Below, piece by piece: positions 20,166 to 29,681 of a DNA stretch of 64,000 bases; the stretch's first letter is position 1, and each line of letters opens with the position of its first letter. A program made the translations under genes and the position numbers. The notes beneath the pieces were generated by a model that worked only from the letters and a program-made list of their open reading frames with translations, did not search any database and was not told the origin of the DNA. The DNA comes from an uncultured Lentisphaerales bacterium. GTDB lineage: Bacteria; Verrucomicrobiota; Lentisphaeria; JABSQK01; UBA12247. Where the stretch lies: NCBI GenBank assembly GCA_943788985.1, contig CALSSJ010000011.1, forward strand, positions 32,001-96,000, given 5' to 3'.

Positions 20166-20978
20166 ATGAAATTCGGCGCAGAAGCCTACACATGGTTCAT
20201 GAAGGAAAGCGGGGCGGCTCATGCAAACCGCCTTGACCACATGATCCAAATCTCCGCAAAGGCGGGATTCACCGGGATCGAACCCATTTATTCCTGGATG
20301 GGCGATCTCTCCTCGGCTGATTGCTTGGCCGATTCCCTGCAGGCGGCTGGCATCGAGCTTGCAGCCATTGCTTTCGGGCAATCCTGGAATGCACTGGAAG
20401 AGACCGAAGAGGAGCGCCGGGAAGCAGACGGCGCCATCGCACTGTGTGCCCGGTTTCCGGGGACCTTGCTGTGCACCGTGCAGCTACCGGAAGGCCGCCA
20501 CGACCTTGAACAGCGTCGCTTGAACCTGGTCGCCAATATCAATGCTGTGTCTCGCCGAGTCGCCGAAGCCGGCGTCCCCGCCAGCTTTCACCCGAACTCC
20601 CCCAAGACGTCCACCAACCGGACCTAAGAGGACTATCGCGTGATTCTCGACGCGCTCGACCATGAAGCCACCGGTTGGACACCGGATGTCGGCCACATCA
20701 TCAACGGCGGCATGGATCCACTTGCCAAAATGATCGAATATGCGGAGCTGATCAATCTAGTGCACTACAAGGACTGGGGCGGCGACCCGGAATTTGCCTT
20801 GATGGGCGAGGGGAAGGTCGACCTCGTTCGCATTACGCAGTGGCTCCAGGACCGGGACTACGACGGCTGGACTATCTGCGAAGACGAAGCACCCCAGGCC
20901 GTAGACGATCCCGATGGCGTAACGCTCCATGACGGCAAATGGATCCATGACGTGCTACTCCCTTCGATTAAAAGGTAA
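20166..20978 (+). pseudogene. Sugar phosphate isomerase/epimerase (AP endonuclease 2/IolE-like TIM barrel) with an in-frame TAA
   Basis: AAGGAG RBS before ATG 20166; 'AGFTGIE', 'FHPNS', 'PDVGHI', 'VHYKD', 'GEGKVD', 'ICEDE'. There is a single in-frame TAA at 20625-20627 and both halves are in the same frame. Confidence 0.85.
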
Positions 20979-20984
20979 GCAACC

Positions 20985-21800
20985 ATGCCAATCTATAGGC
21001 ACAACGATTTCTCCATGCACTACAAAGTGCATGGAGAAGAACACGCTGGTGTGCCAGTCCTGCTCGTTATGGGAATTACCGCGCCGGGTTCGGTGTGGGA
21101 AGCCCACGTGGACGTCTGGTCTCAGCATCACCGCTGCATCACCGCCGATAACCGTGGGGTCGGGCTGAGCGACAAGCCGTCCGGGGACTCCACCTCCGCC
21201 ATGATGGCTGACGACTATGCCCAGCTCCTGGCTGGTCTTGGCATCGAAACTGCCCAGGTCGTTGGTTGCTCGATGGGCAGCATTATTGGCCAGCAGTTGG
21301 CATTGCGGCAGCCGCAAGCCGTCAAGAGTCTGGTGCTGATGTGTTCCTGGGCCAGATGCGACGCCTACGCCCGGTCGGTGTTTGCGCACATGGTTCAGGC
21401 AAAGGCGCATCTGACCCCAGCAGCATTCATGGAGTGGATTCAGCTGCTTATCTTCCACAAGCGCAGCTGGGACGACGCGGAGGTCTATGCCTCGCTACTG
21501 GAAGGGCGTGAAACCGCTGCCACCGACCCAAACCCGCAGCCTCTGCACGGTCTCATTGGACAGGCAGCTGCTTGTGCAAACCACGATACCTTGGCACAGC
21601 TCAAAGACATCACCGCACCGGCTCTAGTGATCGGCGGCGCAGGCGACCTCTTCACCCCACGTTGGATGGCCGAGGAAATTCATGCGGCCCTGCCGAACAG
21701 CGCCCTCCACCTCTACCCAGCATCCGGCCATGCCTTCCACTGGGAGAACCTGGACAGCTTCAATCAGCGGGTGCTGGACTTCATTCAGGACAAAAAATAG
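20985..21800 (+). CDS. Alpha/beta hydrolase (enol-lactone hydrolase-like)
   Basis: 'DNRGVGLSD', nucleophile elbow 'GCSMG', 'GAGDLFTP', 'SGHAFHWE'. Confidence 0.9.
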   Translation: MPIYRHNDFSMHYKVHGEEHAGVPVLLVMGITAPGSVWEAHVDVWSQHHRCITADNRGVGLSDKPSGDSTSAMMADDYAQLLAGLGIETAQVVGCSMGSIIGQQLALRQPQAVKSLVLMCSWARCDAYARSVFAHMVQAKAHLTPAAFMEWIQLLIFHKRSWDDAEVYASLLEGRETAATDPNPQPLHGLIGQAAACANHDTLAQLKDITAPALVIGGAGDLFTPRWMAEEIHAALPNSALHLYPASGHAFHWENLDSFNQRVLDFIQDKK

Positions 21801-21816
21801 ACGTGAGGACCAAGGC

Positions 21817-22830
21817 ATGAAAGTTGCAGTAGTCACGGGCGAGCGGGAAGCCACAATCGTCGACCAGCCCGATCCTTGCATCAAAGCACCGTTCGTCAAG
21901 GTGAAGATTTACGCCGCCCCGATGTGCACGGAGGTCCACGCCTACGCCAATGGCAACGTCTCCGACTGCCTTGGGCACGAGGCAGCTGGAGAGGTCGTCG
22001 CCGCCGAAGCTGGCAGCAAGGTTGCTGTGGGAGACCGGGTGGTTGTGATGCCGCAGTATGGCTGTGGTGCCTGCGAGCTATGCGTATCCGGTGAGCATAT
22101 CCACTGCCAGCACAGCATCGACCCGTATGCCTACTGTGACTCCTCCAGCGGCCGGGCGACCTACGCGCAGTGATGCATCAAGCAGGATTGGCTGTGCCTA
22201 CCCATACCCGCCGACATCTCCTACGGTCACGCCAGCATGGCCTACTGCGGGCTTGGCCCGACTTTCAACGCCATGCAAAAGATGCAGGTCAATGCTCTCG
22301 ACACCGTACTCATTTCTGGTTTGGGCGCAGTTGGCTTGGGCGGTGCTGTCAACGCGATCGCCCGTGGTGCTCGCGTTCTTGCCTTAGAAAGCCAGCCGTT
22401 CCGCGCCGAGTTAGCCCGGTCTATCGGTGTCGAAGTCGTCATCAATCCCAACGATCCGGATAAGCTCCAGCAGATCCGCGAACTCACCGGAGGGCATGGG
22501 GCAGACAAGTCAGTGGAAGCCAGTAGTGCCGAAAGTGCCCCGGCATTTTTGGTCGAAGCCACGCGGGCCCGCGGGCAGATCACCTCGGTCGGCTGGGGTG
22601 GTCCCATCCGAGCCGCAGTACTCGTCGGTAAAGGCCAGAGTTTTCACGGTGCCTGGCATTGGAATCATCTCGTCGACGCCGAGGCCATGTTTCGTACGAT
22701 CCGGACGTCCAAATCACTGCTCGGCAAAACCATCTCGCACACCTTTCCTATGACCCGAATTAAGGAAGCATGGGAACTGCAACTGACCGGAGAATGCGGA
22801 AAGATCATCCTGCATCCGTGGGCTGAATAG
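21817..22830 (+). pseudogene. Zinc-binding (MDR) dehydrogenase with an in-frame TGA
   Basis: 'PMCTE', 'LGHEAAGEV', 'CGACELCVSGEHIHC', 'GLGAVG', 'ISHTFPM', 'GKIIL'. There is a single in-frame TGA at 22171-22173. Confidence 0.85.
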
Positions 22831-22940
22831 GGCTGGCTGCTCACCGTCTGCCGGCCTTCCAGGGCGGAATGGTTGGGGAATCAGCGATATTGTGCGTCGT
22901 TGCAGCGCACCCCGTACGGGGGCTAGAAGCCAGCCAGTTC
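22831..22940. repeat. REP-like composite element bounded by the inverted repeat GGCTGGCT...AGCCAGCC
   Basis: 22831-22838 pairs with 22928-22935. It contains the 33-nt repeat (22850-22882) and a segment similar to the reverse complement of 15343-15370. Confidence 0.45.
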
Positions 22941-22992
22941 CCCCGCGGCGAATAGCAGCACCGGACGCATCGCACCACTATGTCATCTGCAA

Positions 22993-23136
22993 TCAGACGT
23001 GGTGATGAGCGTGGTGGCTGTGGCCGATCGCGCGCTTAATCTCGTACTCTTTCAGGTGTTCCTGGTACGCCAGTACGGCAATTGCAGCGATCAGCACTGC
23101 TCCAGCCATTCCCATCAGGACGATAAACATAATCAT
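22993..23136 (-). CDS. 47-aa single-TM small protein with His-rich C-terminus (below the ORF-track cut-off)
   Basis: Manual translation: MIMFIVLMGMAGAVLIAAIAVLAYQEHLKEYEIKRAIGHSHHAHHHV*. AAAGGAG RBS lies 8 nt before the ATG. Confidence 0.7.
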   Translation of the reverse strand: MIMFIVLMGMAGAVLIAAIAVLAYQEHLKEYEIKRAIGHSHHAHHHV

Positions 23137-23167
23137 GGCGTTAACTCCTTTCAGTCAATCTACTCTA

Positions 23168-23194
23168 TGTGACACGACTAACTGGCTAAAGTTC
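23168..23194 (-). promoter_or_regulatory. Candidate ECF (sigmaE-like) promoter of the small protein
   Basis: The minus strand reads GAACTT-N16-TCACA, close to the sigmaE consensus GAACTT-N16-TC[T/A][G/A]A. Confidence 0.35.
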
Positions 23195-23276
23195 GATCCA
23201 GTCGTATTCAAGAGCCGAAAGCCCGCGCTCGGCCTTTTCCGTATCAGTACCGCCTGAGCGCCGCGCGCTGGCGGCG

Positions 23277-26200
23277 CTACTTGACTTCGAGGGGGAAGCT
23301 CTGGGAGTGGCTATTGAACTCCGGGGCGTACATGCACTCAATCAGAGCCATGCCGCTCTGGTACTGGCCTTTGTGTTGGACGCGACAGGAGTATTCGAAG
23401 ACATACGTGCCCTTGGGCAGGTAGCCGATGAAGAAGTGGCTAGCGGTGTCTTTGGTAGACTCGTAGTAGCGGAGGCCGTCCTGGTGTTTGTAGCTGGAGA
23501 GGACGTTGACGGGTTCGGTGCCGCTGCCCCGCTGGTCCTTCATGTGGACGTACTCCATGTCTCGATCGACACGAAGGACGATGCGGGTGACGAGTTCGTC
23601 GCCAACCGCGAGGGTGCCAGTCACTGGCTTGAGCTCGGGGCCCTTCTTGGTATTTACCTTGGTGTAAAGGGTTTTCTGTAGAGTGAGAGGGGTGGCCTCG
23701 TGCGGCGTGATCTTGCTCATGTCTTCGAAGTATTGCCAGTGGACGCTGCCCCAGGCGACGCCGTCGTCGACCTTGGTGAGCTTGATCTCGCCCATGGCGG
23801 GTTGGACCTCAGTGCGGCTAAAGCGTTCCTGATAGAAGCCGGTGCCAGCCTCAACGTTCTGCGGCTGGATGATTTGGCCACCGAGGGAGACCTGGACGAG
23901 TTCTTCGGAGGCAAGCAGGTCAGTGCCGCGCAGGAGCAGGGCATAGACGGCGTCGGCAGTGGCTTTGGTGGTCTTCCAATCCTGCGTCTGTTTCTGCTTG
24001 AGCAGCCAGACTTTACAGTCTTCAACGGATTGCTTGTCCTTCGCGACTTCATCGAAGGCCTCGATCATCACGGCCTGGGTCTCGATGGGAGCCCGGTACC
24101 ACCACCAGGAATATTCTTCGTCACGCCAGTGCATGCCGAGTTCGTCGTCAGTCTTGGAGAACTCTTTGAGCGAAGTCATGATGTCGGCGGGCGTGACTTT
24201 TTCCTGGCCGAATCGCTGGACGGCGAGGGCGAGGTGGGCCTGGGACTGCCGTGGCAGCGTAAGCCAGTGTTTGGCGGCCTGGGCGAGGAAGTAGGCGACG
24301 GCTTCTTCGTGCTCGCGAGCGATGGTCTGGTCTTCGAGAAAGAAGCTACGGCCGTAGAGGTAAAGGGCGATGGTGCTGGTGAGGTTGTTGGCGTCTTTGT
24401 GTCCGTGCTTGAGGATGTGGCGGTAGGTGTCGTCGACCCAGCCGTCAAGCTGCTTCAGGGATTTTATGGCGGGTTTGAGGTCGAGGCCCTTGAGCCCGAG
24501 GTGACGGAGACGGCCGAAACCGGTGGTGATATAGAGAGTGATGTAGTCGCTAGCGCGGCCGCCTGCAAACCAGGGCCAGGCGCCGTTGGACAGTTGCATG
24601 TCCGCGAGCTTGCGCATGGTTCTTGCGGACTCCGTATCAAGCCGGTTGTTGTCGAAAAGGATGCCGATCTGGCGGCGGGCGGCGCTTTCATCTTCGCCCT
24701 GCACGAGCCATGGGGTCTCGGCGAGCATGACGGCTTTGAGGTCCTGGTTTTTCTCGAGCGGGCTGTCGAGAGTCTCGGTGCCTTTCCAGAGGTCGAAGAT
24801 GCGGCGGATTTTTGGGTCGGACTGGGCGATGTGGCGGGCTAAGAGATTGGCATAGAGGCGGTTAAAGGTCTGCTCGCTGCACGCATGCTCGTATTCCATG
24901 AGGTACGGCAGAGCCATGACGGCGTACCAGGAGGGATTGGAGACCATCTGGACGACAAGGCTCTGGTGGGCGAGGGTGTCGGAGGTTGCGGACTCCGCAA
25001 GCTTGGCGAAGCGGAAGTCCTTGCTGCCGGCTTCGCGGATGGGCAGGGGCAGGGACTCGGTGACGAGGATGCGGCGGGAGAGGACGGGTAGGTAGCCTTC
25101 TTCGCCATCGGAGAGTTTGCCGGTAGAGCCGACGACTTTGTATTGGAGGAAGCCCATGCCGTCGGGAACGGAAATCTGCCAAGCGTAGGTGCGGGACTCT
25201 TTGGCGGGCACCTCGAAGGGCTTGTCGGTGGTGGTGAGGCCGAGGGCGGTGTCGACGGATTGAAGGGTGCGTGCGTTGGCAAAGGTAAGGCGGACGGAGC
25301 CCTGCTGGCGGGTGGCGGAGAGGTTTGTGACTTTGACGGTGAACTCAAGGGCATCGCCTTCGCGTAGGAAACGCGGCGGATTGGGCTGGACCATGATGTC
25401 TTTGGCGGTGACAAAGGTGTCCTGGAGGAAGCCGGAGCGCAGCTCTTTGTCGTGGGCGAAGGCCATGAACTTCCACTGGGTGAGGGCTTCGGGCATGGTG
25501 AACTTGAGCTTGACCTTGCCGTCAGCAGCGCTGAGCAGTTGGGGGAAGAAGAAGGCGGTCTCTTGGAGATTCGTGCGGGCTGAGACCTGGCTGAGGTCAG
25601 GTGGCGGGGGAGCTGGCAGGCTATCGGATTCTGCGCTTCCTGCCTCGTCGCGGCCCTTGGCTTTCCTCGCGGGTGCCATCATGGCCTTGTCTTCCATCGG
25701 CGCATCGGCCATCGCCATTACCGTTGCTGGAGCAGCCGCCGACAAGGCCATCGGCATGCTACGCATCTGGTGCCTGCCAAAGTGTGCCTGTAGGACGTGG
25801 TTGGCGGTAAGCTCGCTGGGGAAGGTGCGATAGTTGAGGTTGACCCCACGGTTGCCGGTCGGCCAGTGGCCGTGGATGTGGTTGAGGCTCTGAAGGACGT
25901 TCTGGAAGCGGGAGTGCAGACGCGGGCTGGCCTGGCGAAAGACGTTGAAGGCCCGCTGCCAGGCGTGGGGCTTGAAGGCGTCGAGGGAGGCATCGTAGAG
26001 CCCGGCGACCAATTCGGCGATTGCGGACTCCGCATTTGGCCCTTCGACAACAGCAGTCCAGGTCTCGCTGACGCCGGGTTCGAGCTTGGAGACCATGTGT
26101 TCCCAGCGAATCTTGAGCTGTTTGTTGGTCCAGGGGACGTCGATCTTGCGGCTGCTCAGATAGGCACGGTTTTCACGCACTTGGGTGACGTGCAGGGTGA

Positions 26201-29200
26201 TGCCGCCACGCATGGCTTCGGTGATTTCATGCTCGAGGACTTCCTGCGTGTGCTCTGGATCGGTCCAGAAGGCGGTGAGCATTTTGCCGCGATGCTCGAT
26301 TTCGATGAAGGCGCGGGCAGTTTCGTAGCCGGAGCCCCAGAGGGCGATAAAGCTCTCGCCGGGCTGGAGGGACCAAGTGGGGGCGGCGACGAGATTGGGG
26401 ATGCGCAGATGGCAGGCGTTAGCTTTGAGATCGAGGACGCGGATGGGAAGGAGGGCCGTGACGTCGGTTTTGAAGCGGTCCTGAGTAGTGAGCACGGCGC
26501 GGTAGAGACCGGGTTTGAGCGTGGTGCTGAAGGTTATGGTGCCATCGGCGGCGGTAGTCAAACCTCGCTCGTGGACGACATCGCCGAGGTCCCAAGTGTT
26601 GGGATTTGAGAGGTCGGGAGCGGGTTTGACGGTGGCATTGCCGCCGTGGCGCCAGTGGGGCCGAAAGCCGGTGAGTTGAGCTCGCTGGACGTGCCCCGGA
26701 GCCTTGAGTCTGTGAACCTTCACTTGGACGTCGGCTGCTTGGCCTTCGCCGTCGAGGGTGCGCGTGGAGACGGCGATGTCGACGGGCTTTGTGGCTTCCT
26801 GCCATTCGTCTGCAGACATCGCAGCCTGAAGGGCGGTGTAGCCGACATTAACGATGCGCTGGGCGGAACGGGTTTCGCCCGTGTTGTCGGTGACATCGAC
26901 GTGGACGGTGTAGCGGAAGGTGGGCTCGGATTTTTTGTCGATGCTACGGTCGGGCTTAGCGCTGAAACTGATGGCAAAGGAGCCGTCGGTTGCGGACTCC
27001 GCAATGCCGTGGGCGATTTCCTGGCTGTTCCCGGGACTGGGGGGCCACCACCAAGAGCACCAGCGCCACCAGTCAGGGTAGCGGACTTCGCGGACGACGC
27101 GGTAGCGGACTTTGGCACCGTCGACTGCGGCCCCGGTGTAGGCCTTCGCGTGGCCTGTGAGGCTGACGGTATCATTGAGCCGGGCGGCTTGGGTGGGTGC
27201 ATCAAGGGTGACTTTGAACTTTGGCCGTTTGTACTCTTCGACGTTGACCGAGGTCTGACCGCGCGGGTTGCCGGTACGGAGCACCATGCGGCCGGCGAGG
27301 CGATCGGCAGGGGCGGTGAAGCTGCCGCTGAACGAGCCGTAGTCATTGGCAGTGTGCTCTTGCTTGGCAATTTCTTTGCCGTTGACGTCGCGAAACTGGA
27401 CAGTGACGGATTGGTTACTGAGGGTGCTGTAGGTATCGCCTTCCTGATCGAAGTGGATGCAAAGGCCCTTGTAGCGAATTTCCTGCCCGGGCCGGTAGAG
27501 CGAGCGGTCGGTAAAAAATAGGGTCTGAGTGCGAGGGCTGGGCGCGCTCCAGCTGTTCACGCGCGAGTCTTGGAGTGCGGCGAGTTGCTGGCCTTCATGG
27601 CTGGCAAGGATCATGTAGCTTTGGCGTGGACTGGCAGGGAGATGGAAGAGGCCCTTGGCGTCAGTCTGTGTTCTAGGGCCAGGCCTTTTTTCGCCGTGAT
27701 TGCCGCGCACCCAGGTGCGGATCCTGGCGCCTTGGACAGGGCGGCCATGGCGGGCGTCAAGGACGAAGCCGTGGAGCTGGTCGCTGCGGCGCTGTTCGCG
27801 CAGGATGAGCGCGAGATCACTGACCCAAAACGGGGTGTGGCTGGCGACGTTGTCCAGTTGTTCTAAGCCGGGCGTATGGCTGCTGATGAGAAAATAGAAA
27901 CCTGGCTCGAGCCCTTCGGGGACAGGGACTAGGTGCTGGCGATCATGGTAGTCGTCGGTGGCCGGAAGCACTGCGGTCCAGGCTGCCACGGGCTTTTTCT
28001 TGAGCAACTCTCGCTGTTGCTGAAGGTCAAGATTTTCCCAGCCCCAGCCCTTACGGGTGACTAAGGACTCCCAGTCGTAGCGGACAGCGCGAAAATGGAC
28101 CTCAGTGAGGTTGCGATAGGTGACGGAGATGGTGGGTAAGGGGGCATTCCAGACTCGCTCGGCCTGGATCTGTGACGACTTGGACTCGATCTGCTGGAGC
28201 AGGTTATAGCATTGATTGCCACCAGGGGTGTGGGGAAAGAGTGTGTTGCCGCGGGAGGCGAGTGTGTGGGCTGCGACACGCTCACCCTCGTCGTAGAGGA
28301 CCTGGCCCCAAGCAGCTAGAGCGCGAGCGGAGATGCGGTGGTCGGCATTTTCGGTGACAAAGTGCTCGAGCGCGGCTTTGTAACGGTCGGCTTTCTCGGA
28401 GCCGACGGCGGTGTTGTGAGCGTAGACAAGGCGGGCGAGGTCAACGTCGATCAAGGCGGAGATGTCCTCGCCTTGCTCATGGAAGCGCATGAGGTCCTGC
28501 ATGAGGCGCAGGGCTTTGACGGTGTTTGCGGTCTTGTCAGTGGTTGGGAGCTGCCAAGCGAGAAAGGCCTTGGGACCGTCGAAGACTGGGCTGTCGCTGG
28601 TGAGTTCAAAGGCGTCCTGGGCTTTGGCGCCGGCCTGTTCGCCGGTGCGGTAGAAGTCGAGGGCCTGATGGGCGAGGAAGTCGTAGAGGGTGGGGCGATA
28701 GCTGTCCAGCACCCCGTTGATGGCGTCGCCGTACTTGGTGTATCCGGGCTTGTGGAGCAGGCCGTCCCACGCCTTCACTGGGATGGCCTGGAGTGTTTCA
28801 GCGGCAGCAAGCGCGGCTGAAAAGTGCGTATCGATTTCGGCAAAGATCCTGGCCAAGTCCCAGGTCTGGATGTCGTCGCCGGGTGCTTCGGCAGTCTTGG
28901 TGCGCTGCATAAAGCGCCAGCGATTCTGCTGGAAGTAGTGCCAGTACCAGTGCCCAAGCAGGGTTTCGAGCACCGGTTTCATGGCGTTGGGGGCCTGCTC
29001 GATCTCGGTGTGCAAGCGGGCGATGCGTTCTTCGGCCTTCCGGCCTTCGATGTCGCCCTCAAGCTTGATCCGAAAACCGATGCCTTTTACCGCCTCCGGA
29101 TAGTCCTTGGCGGCAAGGGATTTTTCTATCAGCGGCTCGAGCAGTTTGATCGCACTCTTGGGGCGGCCTTTGGACATCTCGAGGTTGATTTGTTCCCAGT

Positions 29201-29273
29201 TACCGGCTCTGTCGACTGCTTGTAGAGAGACCGCAGAGGTTACGAGGAGGAGAAATATAGTGGTACGGTGCAT
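23277..29273 (-). CDS. Bacterial alpha-2-macroglobulin (1998 aa)
   Basis: Start reassigned to ATG 29273 (signal peptide). MG2 'FTDRSLYRPGQ', 'VEEYKRPKF', 'RTNLQETAFFFP', 'PPRFLREGD'; thioester motif CSEQ at 24870-24881; 'GTYVFEY...MYAPE'. Confidence 0.95.
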   Translation of the reverse strand: MHRTTIFLLLVTSAVSLQAVDRAGNWEQINLEMSKGRPKSAIKLLEPLIEKSLAAKDYPEAVKGIGFRIKLEGDIEGRKAEERIARLHTEIEQAPNAMKPVLETLLGHWYWHYFQQNRWRFMQRTKTAEAPGDDIQTWDLARIFAEIDTHFSAALAAAETLQAIPVKAWDGLLHKPGYTKYGDAINGVLDSYRPTLYDFLAHQALDFYRTGEQAGAKAQDAFELTSDSPVFDGPKAFLAWQLPTTDKTANTVKALRLMQDLMRFHEQGEDISALIDVDLARLVYAHNTAVGSEKADRYKAALEHFVTENADHRISARALAAWGQVLYDEGERVAAHTLASRGNTLFPHTPGGNQCYNLLQQIESKSSQIQAERVWNAPLPTISVTYRNLTEVHFRAVRYDWESLVTRKGWGWENLDLQQQRELLKKKPVAAWTAVLPATDDYHDRQHLVPVPEGLEPGFYFLISSHTPGLEQLDNVASHTPFWVSDLALILREQRRSDQLHGFVLDARHGRPVQGARIRTWVRGNHGEKRPGPRTQTDAKGLFHLPASPRQSYMILASHEGQQLAALQDSRVNSWSAPSPRTQTLFFTDRSLYRPGQEIRYKGLCIHFDQEGDTYSTLSNQSVTVQFRDVNGKEIAKQEHTANDYGSFSGSFTAPADRLAGRMVLRTGNPRGQTSVNVEEYKRPKFKVTLDAPTQAARLNDTVSLTGHAKAYTGAAVDGAKVRYRVVREVRYPDWWRWCSWWWPPSPGNSQEIAHGIAESATDGSFAISFSAKPDRSIDKKSEPTFRYTVHVDVTDNTGETRSAQRIVNVGYTALQAAMSADEWQEATKPVDIAVSTRTLDGEGQAADVQVKVHRLKAPGHVQRAQLTGFRPHWRHGGNATVKPAPDLSNPNTWDLGDVVHERGLTTAADGTITFSTTLKPGLYRAVLTTQDRFKTDVTALLPIRVLDLKANACHLRIPNLVAAPTWSLQPGESFIALWGSGYETARAFIEIEHRGKMLTAFWTDPEHTQEVLEHEITEAMRGGITLHVTQVRENRAYLSSRKIDVPWTNKQLKIRWEHMVSKLEPGVSETWTAVVEGPNAESAIAELVAGLYDASLDAFKPHAWQRAFNVFRQASPRLHSRFQNVLQSLNHIHGHWPTGNRGVNLNYRTFPSELTANHVLQAHFGRHQMRSMPMALSAAAPATVMAMADAPMEDKAMMAPARKAKGRDEAGSAESDSLPAPPPPDLSQVSARTNLQETAFFFPQLLSAADGKVKLKFTMPEALTQWKFMAFAHDKELRSGFLQDTFVTAKDIMVQPNPPRFLREGDALEFTVKVTNLSATRQQGSVRLTFANARTLQSVDTALGLTTTDKPFEVPAKESRTYAWQISVPDGMGFLQYKVVGSTGKLSDGEEGYLPVLSRRILVTESLPLPIREAGSKDFRFAKLAESATSDTLAHQSLVVQMVSNPSWYAVMALPYLMEYEHACSEQTFNRLYANLLARHIAQSDPKIRRIFDLWKGTETLDSPLEKNQDLKAVMLAETPWLVQGEDESAARRQIGILFDNNRLDTESARTMRKLADMQLSNGAWPWFAGGRASDYITLYITTGFGRLRHLGLKGLDLKPAIKSLKQLDGWVDDTYRHILKHGHKDANNLTSTIALYLYGRSFFLEDQTIAREHEEAVAYFLAQAAKHWLTLPRQSQAHLALAVQRFGQEKVTPADIMTSLKEFSKTDDELGMHWRDEEYSWWWYRAPIETQAVMIEAFDEVAKDKQSVEDCKVWLLKQKQTQDWKTTKATADAVYALLLRGTDLLASEELVQVSLGGQIIQPQNVEAGTGFYQERFSRTEVQPAMGEIKLTKVDDGVAWGSVHWQYFEDMSKITPHEATPLTLQKTLYTKVNTKKGPELKPVTGTLAVGDELVTRIVLRVDRDMEYVHMKDQRGSGTEPVNVLSSYKHQDGLRYYESTKDTASHFFIGYLPKGTYVFEYSCRVQHKGQYQSGMALIECMYAPEFNSHSQSFPLEVK

Positions 29274-29681
29274 AAGAGCCTTCCTATCCGACGGGAACTG
29301 AGTATACGCATACACTCGTAAGCAGCGTAGGGCACGGCGTTTTCCGCAGTGATTACAAAAAAAGTTTTCGCTGTTTGCTCCGATCCTCCTTGCCAATGCT
29401 CGGTGCCCGAGTCAGAAGGTCCGCAGTTGCTGTTTGATTCCTCGCTGAATACTGGGCAAAAGCTGGCCTTGAAATACGAATGGGCGCATCTACCCACAGG
29501 CGACTGTAGGTCTCCTACCTTCCTGAGGCGAGTGAACTCTCGCAGAATGGACCGCACACAATTAGGGGGGCAGCTTTCTCCGAGGCGACGATGAAGTCTA
29601 GCTTGATTGGTATTTATGGATGTTCATGGTAACAGAAGTAGGATCACATAGCTCCCCTAAATAGGACGAGTAGGAGACGCC

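Noticed and set aside
23307..29225. Long antisense ORFs over alpha-2-macroglobulin (also 5063-6139, 11961-13223, 40729-41928, 50297-51235)
   Set aside because: These are shadow ORFs expected from high-GC codon bias, with no recognisable motifs.
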